Source: Octopus sinensis | Taxonomy: Eukaryota | Reading direction: 5' to 3' | Length of the DNA: 64,000 nt | NCBI RefSeq assembly: GCF_006345805.1 | Contig: NC_042998.1 | Location: 158,782,001 to 158,846,000, forward strand | In this document: one piece after another, positions 13,036 through 25,900 of the stretch | Numbering within the stretch: position 1 is the stretch's first letter | How the letters are laid out: each line of letters starts with the position of its first letter | Position numbers and translations under genes: made by a program | The notes under the pieces: generated by a model | The model's database searches: none | Told to the model about the DNA's origin: nothing | What the model saw: only the letters and a program-made list of their open reading frames with translations

Positions 13036-13307
13036 TAACCCATGGCAGCTTTTACTAAACACTATGATCAGAGGTGTTCCAGCTACCATCACCCTAACTT
13101 TTAGTCACTGCTTCATTATCTATTGTGCCTCATCTTGTTTAAGACAGTACCATGTCATTTGAGAAAGATCTACTGACTATGTCTAGCAGATAGATCGACC
13201 ATTTAGAGGTATTAAATCGAAGTGGTTTACCTGGTAAACAAATTGAAACCAGATAACATTAGAATCAGTTTTTGATGTTATTCTAAGGTTACATGTGTTG
13301 TCTACTT

Positions 13308-13419
13308 TATGATGATGATGATTATGATGATGATGATGGTGGTGGTGGTGGTGGTAGTGGTGGTGGTGGTAATGGTGGTGGTGTGGTGGTGGTGGTGGTG
13401 GTGGTGGTGATGGTGTTGG

Positions 13420-13453
<34 letters not shown>

Positions 13454-13518
13454 AATGATGATGATGATGATGATGATGATGCCGACGACGATGATGACGA
13501 CGATGAGGATGATGATAA
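13308..13518. repeat. (GAT)n/(GGT)n compound microsatellite
   Basis: Directly visible. Confidence 0.95.
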
Positions 13519-13529
13519 TTTTTTTCTAC

Positions 13530-13720
13530 TATAGGCACAAGGCTTGAAATTTTTGGTGGGGGAGTCGATCACATCGACCTAAGTGTTTCACTGATAGTTA
13601 ATTTATTGACCCCGAAAGGATGAAAAGCAAACTCGACCTCGGCAGAATTTGAGCTCAGAATGTAACGATGGGCGAAATACCACAAAGCATTTCTATCAGT
13701 GTGTTAACAAATCTGCCAGG
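13530..13720 (-). mobile_element. SINE family A
   Basis: GACCCCGAAAGGATGAAAAGCAAACTCGACCTCGGCAGAATTTGAGCTCAGAA is the reverse complement of the family core. Confidence 0.75.
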
Positions 13721-13769
13721 TCTTGTTAGAGCTCCTAGAGTCTTACATGTGTAAGGAGCTTGCTAACTG

Positions 13770-14270
13770 TAGCCTACGGTACCATGCGGGTTACTACCTG
13801 TAACCTTAGATATCTACAAGTTTTCGGCAGTATTTTCAAGTACTTACAAGCCTCCTGAAAATCCTTGCTGTCCTTAAGAGACAAACTTTCTGTAGGAGCC
13901 CTACTGAGCCTTCTATTTCAATCTCCTTCAGCTATTTGTCTATAACCTTGCTTACTCTTCCCAACGCACCGATTAATATATGCACGTCTTTAATTGTTCG
14001 CATGCTCCAAATACTAATTTCAAATTTCAAGGGATTGTATTTTCTTTTTTCTTTTTTTTTTCTTTTTCTTCCTTTTTCTTTACGACCCTGGAATCAAACG
14101 GACATGATAGGTCGATAAATAAGCGACTTCGCTTTTCCCCATCTATAATTGCTATGTCTGGTCTATTATTTTCTAACTTTTTGTCCTCTGAATAGGAAAG
14201 TTCTACAAAATCTTACATTTCTCCGACTCCAGTACTCTTTCGAGTCGATGATTGTTCCATGTTTCCATAT
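13770..14270 (-). mobile_element. R4/Dong-like RLE non-LTR retrotransposon, 3' fragment (not in ORF track)
   Basis: Manual minus-strand translation with frameshifts: HRLERVLESEKCKIL..NNRPDIAIID..LFIDLSCPFDS..KYNPLKFEI..IGALGRV..LQKVCLLRTARIFRR. Confidence 0.75.
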
Positions 14271-14271
14271 T

Positions 14272-14337
<66 letters not shown>

Positions 14338-14363
14338 CCACCATTACCCCCACCACCACCACC

Positions 14364-14397
<34 letters not shown>

Positions 14398-14420
14398 TTT
14401 GCATGAGATATTCAGTTGCC

Positions 14421-15653
14421 TTAAGAAATTTTGATCACCACTGGAATCACTTTTACATTACCCTCTCGCATTCCATATAATCTTGCCATTTTCACTTTCA
14501 ATTCGGAGTATTTGGTGATGTTTTTGACCGCTTTACTCACAACATACATGTCATTTGGTATGGCTACATCAATGATCTCATAGTATTTGTTTCTCTTACT
14601 CAATATGACAATATCCGGCCGACGGTGTTCGATTACACGATCCGTCTGAAAATCATAGTCCCAGAGTATCGTTACTTTTCCCTCCTCCTGCATAACTTTA
14701 CTTGGTACATACTCATACCAGTTCTCTGTTACTTTATATTGGCATAAGAGTCAATGAAGATACACACACACCTTATCGTGGCGGCGCTTGTATTCTTCTA
14801 GTGCAAGTTTCTTACATCCACTTACCAAGTGGGTCACATTTTCCACACTCTTTCCACAGAGACTGCATTTCTGGGTGTCAGAAGTTTTATAGATGTTATA
14901 CTTCACTGAATTGTTAGTGACAGATTGGTCTTGTGCAGCAATGACCAGGCTTTCGGTGGTACGCTACAAATCACCTCGCTCAAGCCATGCCCACAATGCT
15001 GCATAATCCTTAGCGTCCTGTGTATTCCATTCAAACTGTCCATGCATTCTTCTTTTCTCTTCTCCTCAGCTCTTTGATTAAACTCTTCCTTGCCCATCAT
15101 TTCATCTGCATTTACACCCATATCTTTCGCGTCATATTGCAGCAGGTCTTCATCCCTATTTACCAAATAATCGGCAAGCGTTCTCCTTTCACTCCTTAAA
15201 CAATGGTCTATAGTAATTAGTCCTCTGCCACCATTCTTTCTTTTCATATATAGTCTGTTTACGTTTGATTTAGGGTGTAGCACCCCATGCAGCGTCATCA
15301 GCTTTCTCGTTCTTCTATCCAGTGTTGAGATTTCCTCCTTAGTCCGTTTGAGGATAGAGGCACTATATCTGACCACTGCAGCAGCCCAGATATTGATTGC
15401 GGTAATCAAATTTTGGCATTCAGGTTGGATTTTAATACCATCTTCACCCTTTTCGATACGCCTTGCTGACCTTGACTTTCATTTCATGTGTAGAATGTCC
15501 TCCAGCTCCAAAATCACTAACTATCTATACCCACTACCGTCGGGTTCACCCATGGTCTCTCCTGATGGTAACCGCAATCCTCTGCATGTTGCTTTCTTCC
15601 CTCTTTTCATATTAAGTACTGAGCATTTGGTAATCCCAAATTCCATGCCGATA

Positions 15654-15655
<2 letters not shown>
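14421..15655 (-). mobile_element. R4/Dong-like RLE non-LTR retrotransposon fragment, degenerate
   Basis: DIGMEFGITKC; AINIWA..LHPKSNVNRLYMKRKNGGRGL; ILWDYDFQTDRVIEHRRPDIV..IIDVAIP..KY (PD-D/ExK RLE). Confidence 0.85.
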
Positions 15656-15750
<95 letters not shown>

Positions 15751-15808
15751 TATTATTATTATTATTATCATCATCATCATCATCATTATTATTATTATTA
15801 TTATATTA

Positions 15809-15857
<49 letters not shown>
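15655..15857. repeat. (ATT)n/(ATC)n microsatellite
   Basis: Directly visible. Confidence 0.95.
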
Positions 15858-15859
<2 letters not shown>

Positions 15860-16694
15860 GCTGACTCAAATGCATTGCAATATTTTTTTTGTAACTTATT
15901 TGCTTTATTCGTCAAGTTAAACAAAAGCAGCCTTGCACTCAGAGTAGAGTGCCAGTTCTATGATCTCTCGCTGGTACTAATCCTTGTCCTTTGAGGCGAA
16001 GAACTCTTTCACTAAATCTTCCACCTCCGCGAGCGCAGGAAATGAGCCATGGATTGGAACAGGTTATAATCCGAGCGAGCCAGATCCGGACTATATGCTG
16101 CTTGTGACATCAGTTCGATTCCATTGTATTTCTGGAGTTTATTCCTGGTCGGTCAAGCGGCATGAAGTCTTGTGTTATCTTGCTGTAGAAGAGCTCACTT
16201 TCTGTTAACTAATGCCGGGCATTTTAGCCGCAGAATGGCATCCATCCTCTCCAGCTGTTCGGAACACAGGTTTGCATCGATAGTTGAATTGTTCCATCAT
16301 AATTACACCAGACCCGGAGCATCACCTTATGTTCGAAACGCTTATGTTTAGTTACAGTTTCCCGAAGCTGGCCCTCACTTAACCACTGCTTGGGCATGTT
16401 AGAATTGCGGAAAATCATAACCCTCGGATTATTACTTGTTCCAATCCATATCTCACTTCCAGCGCTAGCGAAGCTTCATCAAACAAGCAGAGGTGAAAGC
16501 TTCAGTGAAGGAGTTATTCACCTTGAAGGATAATAACTGGTATCGACGTGGGATCAAAGAGCCGACAGAAAAGTGGCTTCAGACAGTGCATCACAATGGC
16601 TTCTACTTTAAATGGTAGGCTGCTTTTGTTTTAACTTCACAAATAAAGAAAACAAGTTACCAAAATATTGGAAAACTTTTGACTGAACACAATA
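15853..16694. mobile_element. mariner-derived remnant made of two oppositely oriented 3' ends
   Basis: Minus strand: KQWL..KVMLRVW..AYSPDLARSDYNLFQSMAHFL; plus strand 16430-16615: YLFQSISHF..NWYRRGIKE..EKWLQTVHHNGFYF; ends 15853-15932 and 16618-16694 are diverged inverted repeats. Confidence 0.7.
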
Positions 16695-16868
16695 CTTTTA
16701 TGTCAAACACAATGCTAGATAGAATGTTAAATCTTTTGCTTTGACATTCTGTTTGACATAACAATAATAATTCACTTCCAAAGTAAAAAATAATTCCCAA
16801 AATGTCAGAGGAAAATAGTAAACTGGTCATTTGGTATGTAAGCATATATAAGTCTTCTTGCACATGTA

Positions 16869-16911
<43 letters not shown>

Positions 16912-17035
16912 ATATATATATAATATTATATTATACTATATATTATATATTATATATTATATATATACTATAATATATATATACATATACATATATATAT
17001 ATGTATATATATAGATATATATATATATATATATA

Positions 17036-17942
17036 TATCATACTAAAGTTATTGAACAAGCAAATGCAAGGTCATCCGCATAGCATTTCATAATTCGAAC
17101 ATTTAATCATAGAATATACATATAAACATCCCACAAGATGGAACATAATTCATCTGTACAAGCATATAAGCATATAATAATAATAAGGTGCGAGAAAAAA
17201 AAATTTCATCACAGTTTAGAGTTAATACTTTAGCGATTCAGAAAAATACATTTTTTAAAAAAACATTACACCACCTAGAAAGTAAAAATATAATATAAAG
17301 TAATATATAAAAATATATAGGTATATAAAAATATATAATATATATATATATAGGCGGCATATAAAAAATATATAATATATATCATGTAAATAAAATAAAA
17401 CTTCATCGTTTAGAAATCTTATAAAATTATTATTCAAGTAAGAGAAGCCTTATAGTTAAAAAGGAAACCATATTTACTTATCCCTATGGCCATAGGAATA
17501 AGTAAATATGGTTCCTTTTTAACTATAAGGCTTCTCTTACTTGAATAATAATTTTATAAGATTTCTAAACGATGAAGTTTTATTTTATTTACATGATATA
17601 TATTATATATTTTTTATATGCCGCCTATATATATATATATTATATATTTTTATATACCTATATATTTTTATATATTACTTTATATTATATTTTTACTTTC
17701 TATGTGGTGTAATGTTTTTTTAAAAAATGTATTTTTCTGAATCGCTAAAGTATTAACTCTAAACTGTGATGAAATTTTTTTTTCTCGCACCTTATTATTA
17801 TTATATGCTTATATGCTTGTACAGATGAATTATGTTTCATCTTGCGGGATGTTTATATGTATATTCTATGATTAAATGTTTGAATTATGAAATGCTATGC
17901 GGATGACTTTGCATTTGTTTGTTCAATAACTTTAGTTTGATA
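17036..17942. repeat. about 900-bp near-perfect palindrome with no spacer, flanked by (TA)n
   Basis: Centre CCTATGG|CCATAGG at about 17489; mirror ORFs 17255-17437(-) and 17541-17723(+) differ by one residue. Confidence 0.95.
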
Positions 17943-18023
17943 TATTTGTCTCTTTCAATAGAGCACTTCTATAGCAGTCCTGTTTTTCTCTTTGTTCCTG
18001 ACAAGAAACAATCACTGTATTAT

Positions 18024-18058
<35 letters not shown>

Positions 18059-18297
18059 CTGTTGTGTCTGGAGAGTCATTTTCTTTTTGTGCTTTATAAT
18101 ATAACACACTCACCGGTAAAATTTCCACTTTTTTTTCTTATTTTTCATTTTCCTAAAATTTTCGTTGCGTCTTGCAACCTTTTGACTCTGTCCGTTATTT
18201 ACACTGCGTTCCCTTTTGTTTGTTTGTGCGCATGTGTGTGGGTCAGTGTGTGTGTGCCTATACATGCAAACCATATCCCAAAACGAAATATATATAT

Positions 18298-18341
<44 letters not shown>

Positions 18342-18349
18342 AGAGAGAG

Positions 18350-18415
<66 letters not shown>

Positions 18416-18825
18416 CATACATATGCAAGCACCCCACCTCCGCACATATATATGATATATACATATGTTCAGTGGTATCAGCGTCAAGTTGTGTTTAGGC
18501 ATAAGCAATCTTTAAGTTAGTTCAAATATGTTTCTGACATATTTCAACTTCTAAAAGAAAATTCTCTGCAGTTACCGTGGAGAAAAAAAAATTGTCTTTT
18601 GCTAAAAGGGTGTAAAACGCCACATCTTCCCAGTACTGCCCCCTGTCATATTCCTAGACGTGTTTCTACTTCTTTAGCCTTTATCAATGGGAAAAACTGA
18701 AAGAGGTAACCTGAATAGATTTTAGCTTTAACTAAAACACAGTCAGCAACATTGTCTGACTTGCACTATAAAACCGCCAGGTCTATATATATATTATATA
18801 TATATATATATGTACATAAATAAAT

Positions 18826-20375
18826 GACATCTGTGGAGGTCTGTATCACGACGATTGTCTGCTTTACCTCCAAAACGTTTCGAACCCAAAAATACAGAAG
18901 GTTAAGAACAGATTAGTTAGGTTTTTTAGCAGAATGGGCTTGCGCATAGTTTTTGACGATGAATTAACTAAAGCCAACTTCTTAGACATTACCCTCAATT
19001 TGCAGAATAACTCATACTTCCCTTATCATAAACCTTCCACAAATCTTAAGTATATTAGCATTTTCAGTAATCATGCCAGGACAATTACCGATAATTTAGT
19101 TAAAAACATATCTCTGAGACTGTCCAAATTATCTGCTAATGTCGACATCTTTAACCAAAAGGCAGACTTCTATAACGCCGCCTTGTTAAGAGCCAGTTAT
19201 AAGGAGAAAGTGTCATACATTGACTCAGCTCATTCTAAACCAACATCTGCTTCTCCAGATAGAAAAGTTACTCGTAATAGGAATAATGATTTCAATTCTA
19301 ATAGTGCCAGCAACCCTGTACATAAAATAAATTCTTTACGGACTAGGGGAGGTAAGCGCCATGCAACCCCAAATTTCCAACCCAGAAATTTTCCCCTTAC
19401 TATCACAAATAACACTAAGAACAATTCAAAGGCCACAAAAAACTTATCTGGTTCGTAATACCTTTCGGAAAACAAATTAAATCGAACCTTCCCTTACAGT
19501 TCCGTGAAGCCGTTGCTAGGAACTTTCCCAGAAATTCTAGATATCATTCTATTATCAATTCCCACGAAGTCAGAATCGCTTTCTCTAACACTAGGAATCT
19601 TTCACAAATTATATCTTCCCACAATACCAAGCTGCTAAACAAAGATTCTTCACCCGGGAGTTCCAACACAAATCTTGCTAATTCCAACCCATCATACAAT
19701 CATAATAATAGGAATAGAATTAATAGTAACAGCATTGGTAGCAGCGAAAGTGTTAACAATGATAATATTAATAATAGTACTAGTCGTGTTAATAACAATG
19801 GTAGTGTTGATGATAACAACAATAACCGTATTATTGTCGGTGGTATTACTGGTTGTAGTACCATTAATAATACTAATAATAATAGAAATAGTGTAGTTGT
19901 TAGCGCTAATAATAATAGTAACAACAATCATAACAATAAAAACTTCGTTTCGATCTCGGAGGACAACCCCAACAGAATTAAATTTTTGTCTAGTAATTCT
20001 AAGATTAAGAATTCTATTTACCAGTATAAAATTTCTTCCGGTACCGATGTCTTCTTCTATATAGGAGCGTCCACTTCCCAGTTATCCAAGAGAATTTCAA
20101 ACCATTATTCAACATTCAGGGATAGTAAAAAACGACATAGTACAGGGCTAAGTAAATTAATTTGGCGTCTTAAAGACAACAATATAAATTTCAAGTTAGA
20201 TTGGTTCATACAGTCTGTATCCTTTCCTTTTGATAAGGGCAGGAGATTTTGTAACATTTGTAACTCTGAACTATTCCATATTCTCTTCTCTAAGGTTCCC
20301 CTAGTAAACACACTCATAGAAAAATCATACAAATGTAAACACTGGCAGAAACATACTTTCTACTCATATAAATGA
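18826..20375 (+). pseudogene. PLE reverse transcriptase / GIY-YIG endonuclease, truncated and frameshifted
   Basis: ORFs 18934-19458 and 19986-20375; the second frame is open upstream to about 19440 through an Asn-rich linker. Confidence 0.85.
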
Positions 20376-20648
20376 TAACGATAGTCACTGTGGTTTGAAC
20401 AATTAGCTTTACGTCCACCCCACTTCTATAGCGAAATTCTTTCCTATCCCTTCGAACATTCTTTCAATCAACGTATCCTTCCCTCTCCACTTGTTCCCTA
20501 CCTATTATTCCTTTAACCCTTCTCTTCCTACTATCTATCTTTGACTTCAATTCTTCTAACGGTTTAAAAAAAACCCACTCATTATCGCTTTGTTTACCTT
20601 GTAGGCAGTCATCGAAATTTTTGTTTGTCTTGTTGTCGAGAGAGGCTC

Positions 20649-20741
20649 CCTTTCTTTCCTGATGAGAAGATTGCATAATGCACCCTTTATTTCTTCGGAA
20701 TGAAAACATGTTGTCTTCGAAACATATGTCGAGAGTAAAGG
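20649..20741 (+). ncRNA. minimal hammerhead ribozyme motif in PLE pseudo-LTR
   Basis: CCTTTCTTTC-CTGATGA(20659)-GAAGA..TCTTC-GAAA-CATAT-GTC(20730)-GAGAGTAAAGG; palindromic stem III ACATATGT. Confidence 0.8.
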
Positions 20742-20943
20742 AATTTTGTTAACATCTTCGTTCGACTCCATTTTTTCACTTATTCATATACAACACACAA
20801 ATTTCTGCACATGAACCCGGAGTTTCTACCCTTGGACAGGTCGCTTCAACCGTGTTTTCTGACGTGAATTTGCTACCCAGGTTTCGGTTAAACGAATTGT
20901 CCATGCTGTCGATAAACATAGGATAATTCATTCACCTATTTAA

Positions 20944-20979
<36 letters not shown>

Positions 20980-21373
20980 CTAGCAGTATCGCCCGGCGTT
21001 GCTCGGGTTGTAAGGGAAATAACTATATAAGCATTTTTAGAGAGTTATAGCCAAAAAATAGCAAAACAATGCATTAAAAATTGAAAAAAAATTAAGGTAA
21101 ATTTTTTTTTAAATCGTTGACACATCGTAGATATTTTTAGAGAGTTACTTCCCTTATATAAAAGCGAAAAAATGCATTAAAATGGAAAAATATGATGGTA
21201 AATTTTTTTAAAATCGTAGACTCATCGTAGACGCGCACTAATACCCAGAAGGGCTCGATATGAATCACGACTATAAGATACCCGCTTTTGGTTAAACTGC
21301 ACCGCAAAATGTGGGAGTAGTTACGAATCTAAATCGAAGGGGACAGACACACAACTTCACTCTTATATAAAGA
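20980..21373 (-). mobile_element. non-autonomous Helitron
   Basis: Minus strand begins A|TC and ends CTAG|T; subterminal hairpin CCCGAGCAACGCCGGG about 11 nt from the 3' end; no TSD. Confidence 0.8.
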
Positions 21374-22166
21374 TGCTTTTTTTTTTTTCAGTCATAGAGT
21401 TAGATTTATGAAGGTCTTCAGTAGAAAATCCTTCGAATTCTGACTCGCTGCTTGATATAATGAAATTCGTATCTATTTTTTGTCAGAATTACAAATTTTG
21501 AAAACACAATAGGAACAAATTGCGGAAAAAAATCTCCCATAATTCACGGAATTAAAATTACACTTCGATTTTTGTACAAAACTGTATTTGAAGTGTTTAC
21601 GAAGTATAATACGTGTTTTCACGAATGTACTAAAGAGATTTACTCTGATATTCTCATTTAAATATGAATAGGTAAATTCGGGCGGTTTGGTAACGAAAGG
21701 GTTTATATAAGTGTCGTCTGTTTATACATAAACACTGTTTCATACTTTCAGTTTAGTCTTCCTCAAATCACTCTGTCGCTAATTTACTCTCTTCCAAGAA
21801 CATTTTCACTCACTCTTATCTGTTAGCTTCCCATACATTTTACTCATGTATCTATCAGCGTGATAGACAGAAACAAATATTACATCTAGTTTCACTTTAT
21901 TCGTTGCACACTGTGTGTGTACGTTTGCGTGTGCTGTAAACCAGACTAAGAAAAGCATTTGACATACACACCAGAATGTGAGTTTTCTGTAAATTTTGCT
22001 TAATTGGAGTTTAAATTTTTAAAACTGGACCTGGCATGACCCGATGCATTCTACTCTTAAAAATGCTAGGTAAATTGTAATTGAAGAAATCCTATATTGT
22101 AGATTTCTATAACTGACAAAGGGAGGCAGATAAAATCTGCCTTTTATAATAAGAGATATATATATA

Positions 22167-22207
<41 letters not shown>

Positions 22208-22244
22208 GTTTAAAAAAAGTTGGATTCTCCCGTCGAAGAGAACG

Positions 22245-22512
22245 AATGAGCGTTTAGATTTTTTGCCGAACGACCTGCGCAAGTGAATTGTTTATAGTGA
22301 TCAAATGTTCGTGACGCACATTAGCTCACTCTCCCCATCAATTTTCCGATGAACACCTACACTGTGAACCACGCGTCAAGTGTCGAAGTGATTGCAGAGC
22401 AACATGAAATGAAGTCTTTTGCTCAAGGACACAACGTACCACACGGTCTAGGAACTGAAACCACGATCTCAGGATCGTGAGTCCAGTGCCCTAAACACTA
22501 GGCCATGCGCCG
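22245..22512 (-). mobile_element. tRNA-derived SINE (third family)
   Basis: Minus strand GGCGCATGGCCTAGTGTTTAGGGCACTGGACTCACGATC..GTGTCCTTGAGCAAAAGACTT (tRNA-like head + CORE-like motif). Confidence 0.65.
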
Positions 22513-22529
22513 TCATTATATATATATGT

Positions 22530-24838
22530 GTTGGATGAGTATATGGGTTTTTGCAGGTATTTATTTGGCAGTCTTATATATTGTATATCTAGTTTATCTT
22601 TGTACTCATCTTAATTTGTATCTTATGTTATTTATTAATAAATCTATTCATTTACTTATATTTGGCTTTATACATATTAGCAGTCTTATATATTTAGTTT
22701 ATATTTGTACTCATCTTGATTTGTACTTTATGTTATTTATCTATTTATTTATTCATTTATTTATATGTAAATATTTACATATTAGCAGCCTGCATATATT
22801 AAGTTTATCTATGTACTCATTTTAATGTATATTTTTTATTTTATTTTATGTTATTTATCTATTTATCTATTCATTTATGTATATGTAGATATATACATAA
22901 TAGCAGTATTATATATTAAGTTTACCTTTATATTTATCGTAATTTGTATTCTATGGTATTTATCTATTTATTTATTCATTTATTTATTTATATGTAGATA
23001 TATACATACATATCCATTATTTATTAAAATATATATATATGTTTACATGCTTTTACTTATATTTTCATTTTAATTTTAATTATTTCATCTTATTTTATTT
23101 TATTACATTTTAATTTTAAGTAATAACAATTATTAACTTATAATTAATTTAATTTACAATTATTTACTTATATACTATTTATTGGTAAGTCCTGTTAATT
23201 ACTATATATGTATTTATACGTCCACTGATATTATTTACTGCTAAATCCTGTTAATTATTATATATGTATTTATGTGTCCACTGATACTTAAATATATATA
23301 TATAAGTACTGCGAATGTTTACATGCACATCATATGTGAAAATATATAGTGTGTATGTATATGTTTGTTGTTACACATGAGTATACATATGGATATGTAG
23401 ATGTGAGTATAATTCTATTAGTTCGTTGGTGAGGGTTTAAATAGGAATATAATAGTATTGTAATAATACTAGACTTCTTACGTAGTGATGTTATCTGTAT
23501 AAGTTATAAGGAGTTATTTTGATTATATATCTTAGAATATTAGCGTATTTTGACTTTTTACTATTAATTTCTTATAATTTAATTATTATAAACCTCTGTT
23601 AACTTAGTATATATATATTTTTATGTCTTTTGATAGACAAACATAAACGGGTATTCTATACTTTATAATTTAGTAAATGTTTGAATGAAACATAGCGGTA
23701 AAGTTGCGGGCATTTTTAGTTCTAAAATATTTTGTTTACGAAAAATACGGTGTCACATGAATTATGTACCTTATGACAAATTACACTCTGCATCTGGATA
23801 TAATTATATGTATGATTGCATTTACGGATTTATGGACATATGTGAGCATATCTGTTTGTAAATACTTAGTTAATACCACCACCATGGTGCCATCCGGGAC
23901 GGGTGGATGTCTGCATGCTTGTATGTGCAATCGGTTGAGTTCCTCTGTTTGCATGTGTATAGTTGGGATAGTACCTCTTATGTTATTTATGATTTGGTTA
24001 TGTATGTGGGTATGTCTGTGTGTATGTGTGTATGTGTGTGGGTGTGTGTGTGTGTGTTTATACATATAACTAGGTATGTATGTGTGCACGCTTTGTGGAT
24101 GTGCGTGCGCGTGTGTATGTTTCCTAGCTAACTAACCGTAAAATTTCTATTGTAATTCAAATTTAAAAGTATAGGCCAATCGAATCCATCTGTGAAAATT
24201 AATACCATGCGGGCAGAGGAATTCGACTGATTGCGTATATATGCGGATGTCCGCTTGCATTGGATGGTACCGTCGTGGTGATATTAACTTTATTGACTTT
24301 TTGTGAAATGACACATTTTAATATATTGGACTGTTTAATATATATGCCTGCTTTGAGTGTGAGTGTGTCTGTTGTGGTTTCTTGATGTTGGTTGAGGAGC
24401 TGTGGAGTTCAATATGGAACATTATTGTGTTTGTTGATATATATTGATCTATATTGTTTATATTGTATTATTGTGTGTATATATATATGTAAGAATATGA
24501 GTGTGTATGCACACATATTTATATTTATATGTAAATTATTTAGGATTTGTACTTATACTTGCATTAAAATCTCTGAAGAGGCCGTGAGATATTCTTGTTA
24601 ATGTCTCATTTATACCTGCTTTATATGACTAATAGGTTAAATGAGACATACCTGTCTTCACGGCCGAAACAGCTGTCAGCTACAATGTAAATGTATTTCT
24701 ATTTCTATGTCTTGTTATATTTGTACTATATTAATGTATAATATCATTGCTATTGTGTAGTGGTTTAATAAAGTATTGATTGGGTATTATCTGATAGTTG
24801 TTGATTGATTTAGATATATTTCTCCATTTTCTCATTTT

Positions 24839-24840
<2 letters not shown>
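22530..24840 (+). mobile_element. putative non-autonomous PLE / retrozyme-like element (non-coding, internal tandem repeats, 3' HHR)
   Basis: AT-rich block between microsatellites; about 110-bp degenerate units starting GCAGTCTTATAT (22568, 22680, 22785, 22903); HHR at 24561-24687 followed by AATAAA. Confidence 0.5.
24561..24687 (+). ncRNA. hammerhead ribozyme motif with long stem II
   Basis: CTGAAGA(24573)-GGCCGTGA..TCACGGCC-GAAA(24666)-CAGCT-GTC(24677); palindromic ACAGCTGT; stem I weak. Confidence 0.75.
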
Positions 24841-24927
<87 letters not shown>

Positions 24928-25487
24928 GCCAGCTCCTGTGGAGGGCTCTTCATTAGGCCTTGGGCCCAACAATGACTCGTCATTGAGTACATATTAAAGT
25001 TTATTAAACTTGAACAATATTTTTCAAGCAATGAACAATTTTCATCAAAACAATGATATAATTTGTCGACTTGGAACTTACTGCAAAGCTGCATGATAAA
25101 CAACAGTACCACCACCACATCTGCCATGCACACACCATTCAGACTTCTGACGCCACCACCATCACTACCTTTGACTTGGCCGCCTTTCCCCTCCACCACC
25201 ATCTCCACTGTCTTTCACATCGCTTACTCTCACCAGCATCCATGACCACCTCGGCTACCACCACCACCGCCACCATCATCACCGCCACCTCCGCCTCTAT
25301 CACAACTGCAGCTCATACTATTACTATCATCCATTACAATCGCAAAAAGGCAAAATGTGTGTGTAAAGAATTCAGTGTTCAGTATGTTCGTTCAGCATGT
25401 TAGTTCAGTAAGTTGGTTCAGTGTTCAGTCCCTCTTTCTTTCTCTCTCTCTCTCTCTCTCTCTCTCCCTCCCTCTCTCTATCTATAT

Positions 25488-25566
<79 letters not shown>

Positions 25567-25900
25567 GTCTTATTATTACTCCCACTGCCAACATCAACAC
25601 TACTACCTTTAATAAAACATCAACTCTCCCTAAATTTCTTTCTCACTCTACCTCTCCCTTTCTTTTCCGTTTTCTCTTTCTATCTTTACCACCGCCCTCA
25701 CCGTCTCTATGCCTATTATTACTCTCACCCAAGCAATAGAAGACGCGTTATTGAATAATGAGAGAGGGGTCAAAGTGTGACACACTGACACACAGAAATT
25801 GGTTTTCGCATGTATTATACTAGATTATATATATATATATATATAAAAGAAAGAAAATGCACACACTTTACATATATTTTTTAATACATTTTATATTGTG

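Larger units (their letters stand above)
18826..20940 (+). mobile_element. 5'-truncated Penelope-like element with 3' pseudo-LTR
   Basis: GGLYHDDCL..NFLDITLNL..PYHKP..SNH (RT); LIWFVIPFG after one frameshift near 19435; GIY-YIG SIYQYK..FYIGAST..KRISNH..STGLSKLIW..CNICNSE..CKH; HHR in the 3' region. Confidence 0.9.

Noticed and set aside
19675-19931. Hydrophobic Ile/Val/Leu-rich ORFs
   Set aside because: Alternative frames of the Asn-rich PLE linker.
22010-22160. Second Helitron-like 5' end (minus strand ATCTCTTATTATAAAAGGCAGA with a hairpin)
   Set aside because: No matching CTAG/hairpin 3' end was found, so boundaries cannot be set.
22560-23300. Repeat-spacer-like periodicity (CRISPR-like)
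   Set aside because: Degenerate AT-rich tandem units without unique spacers, in a eukaryotic context with no cas genes.
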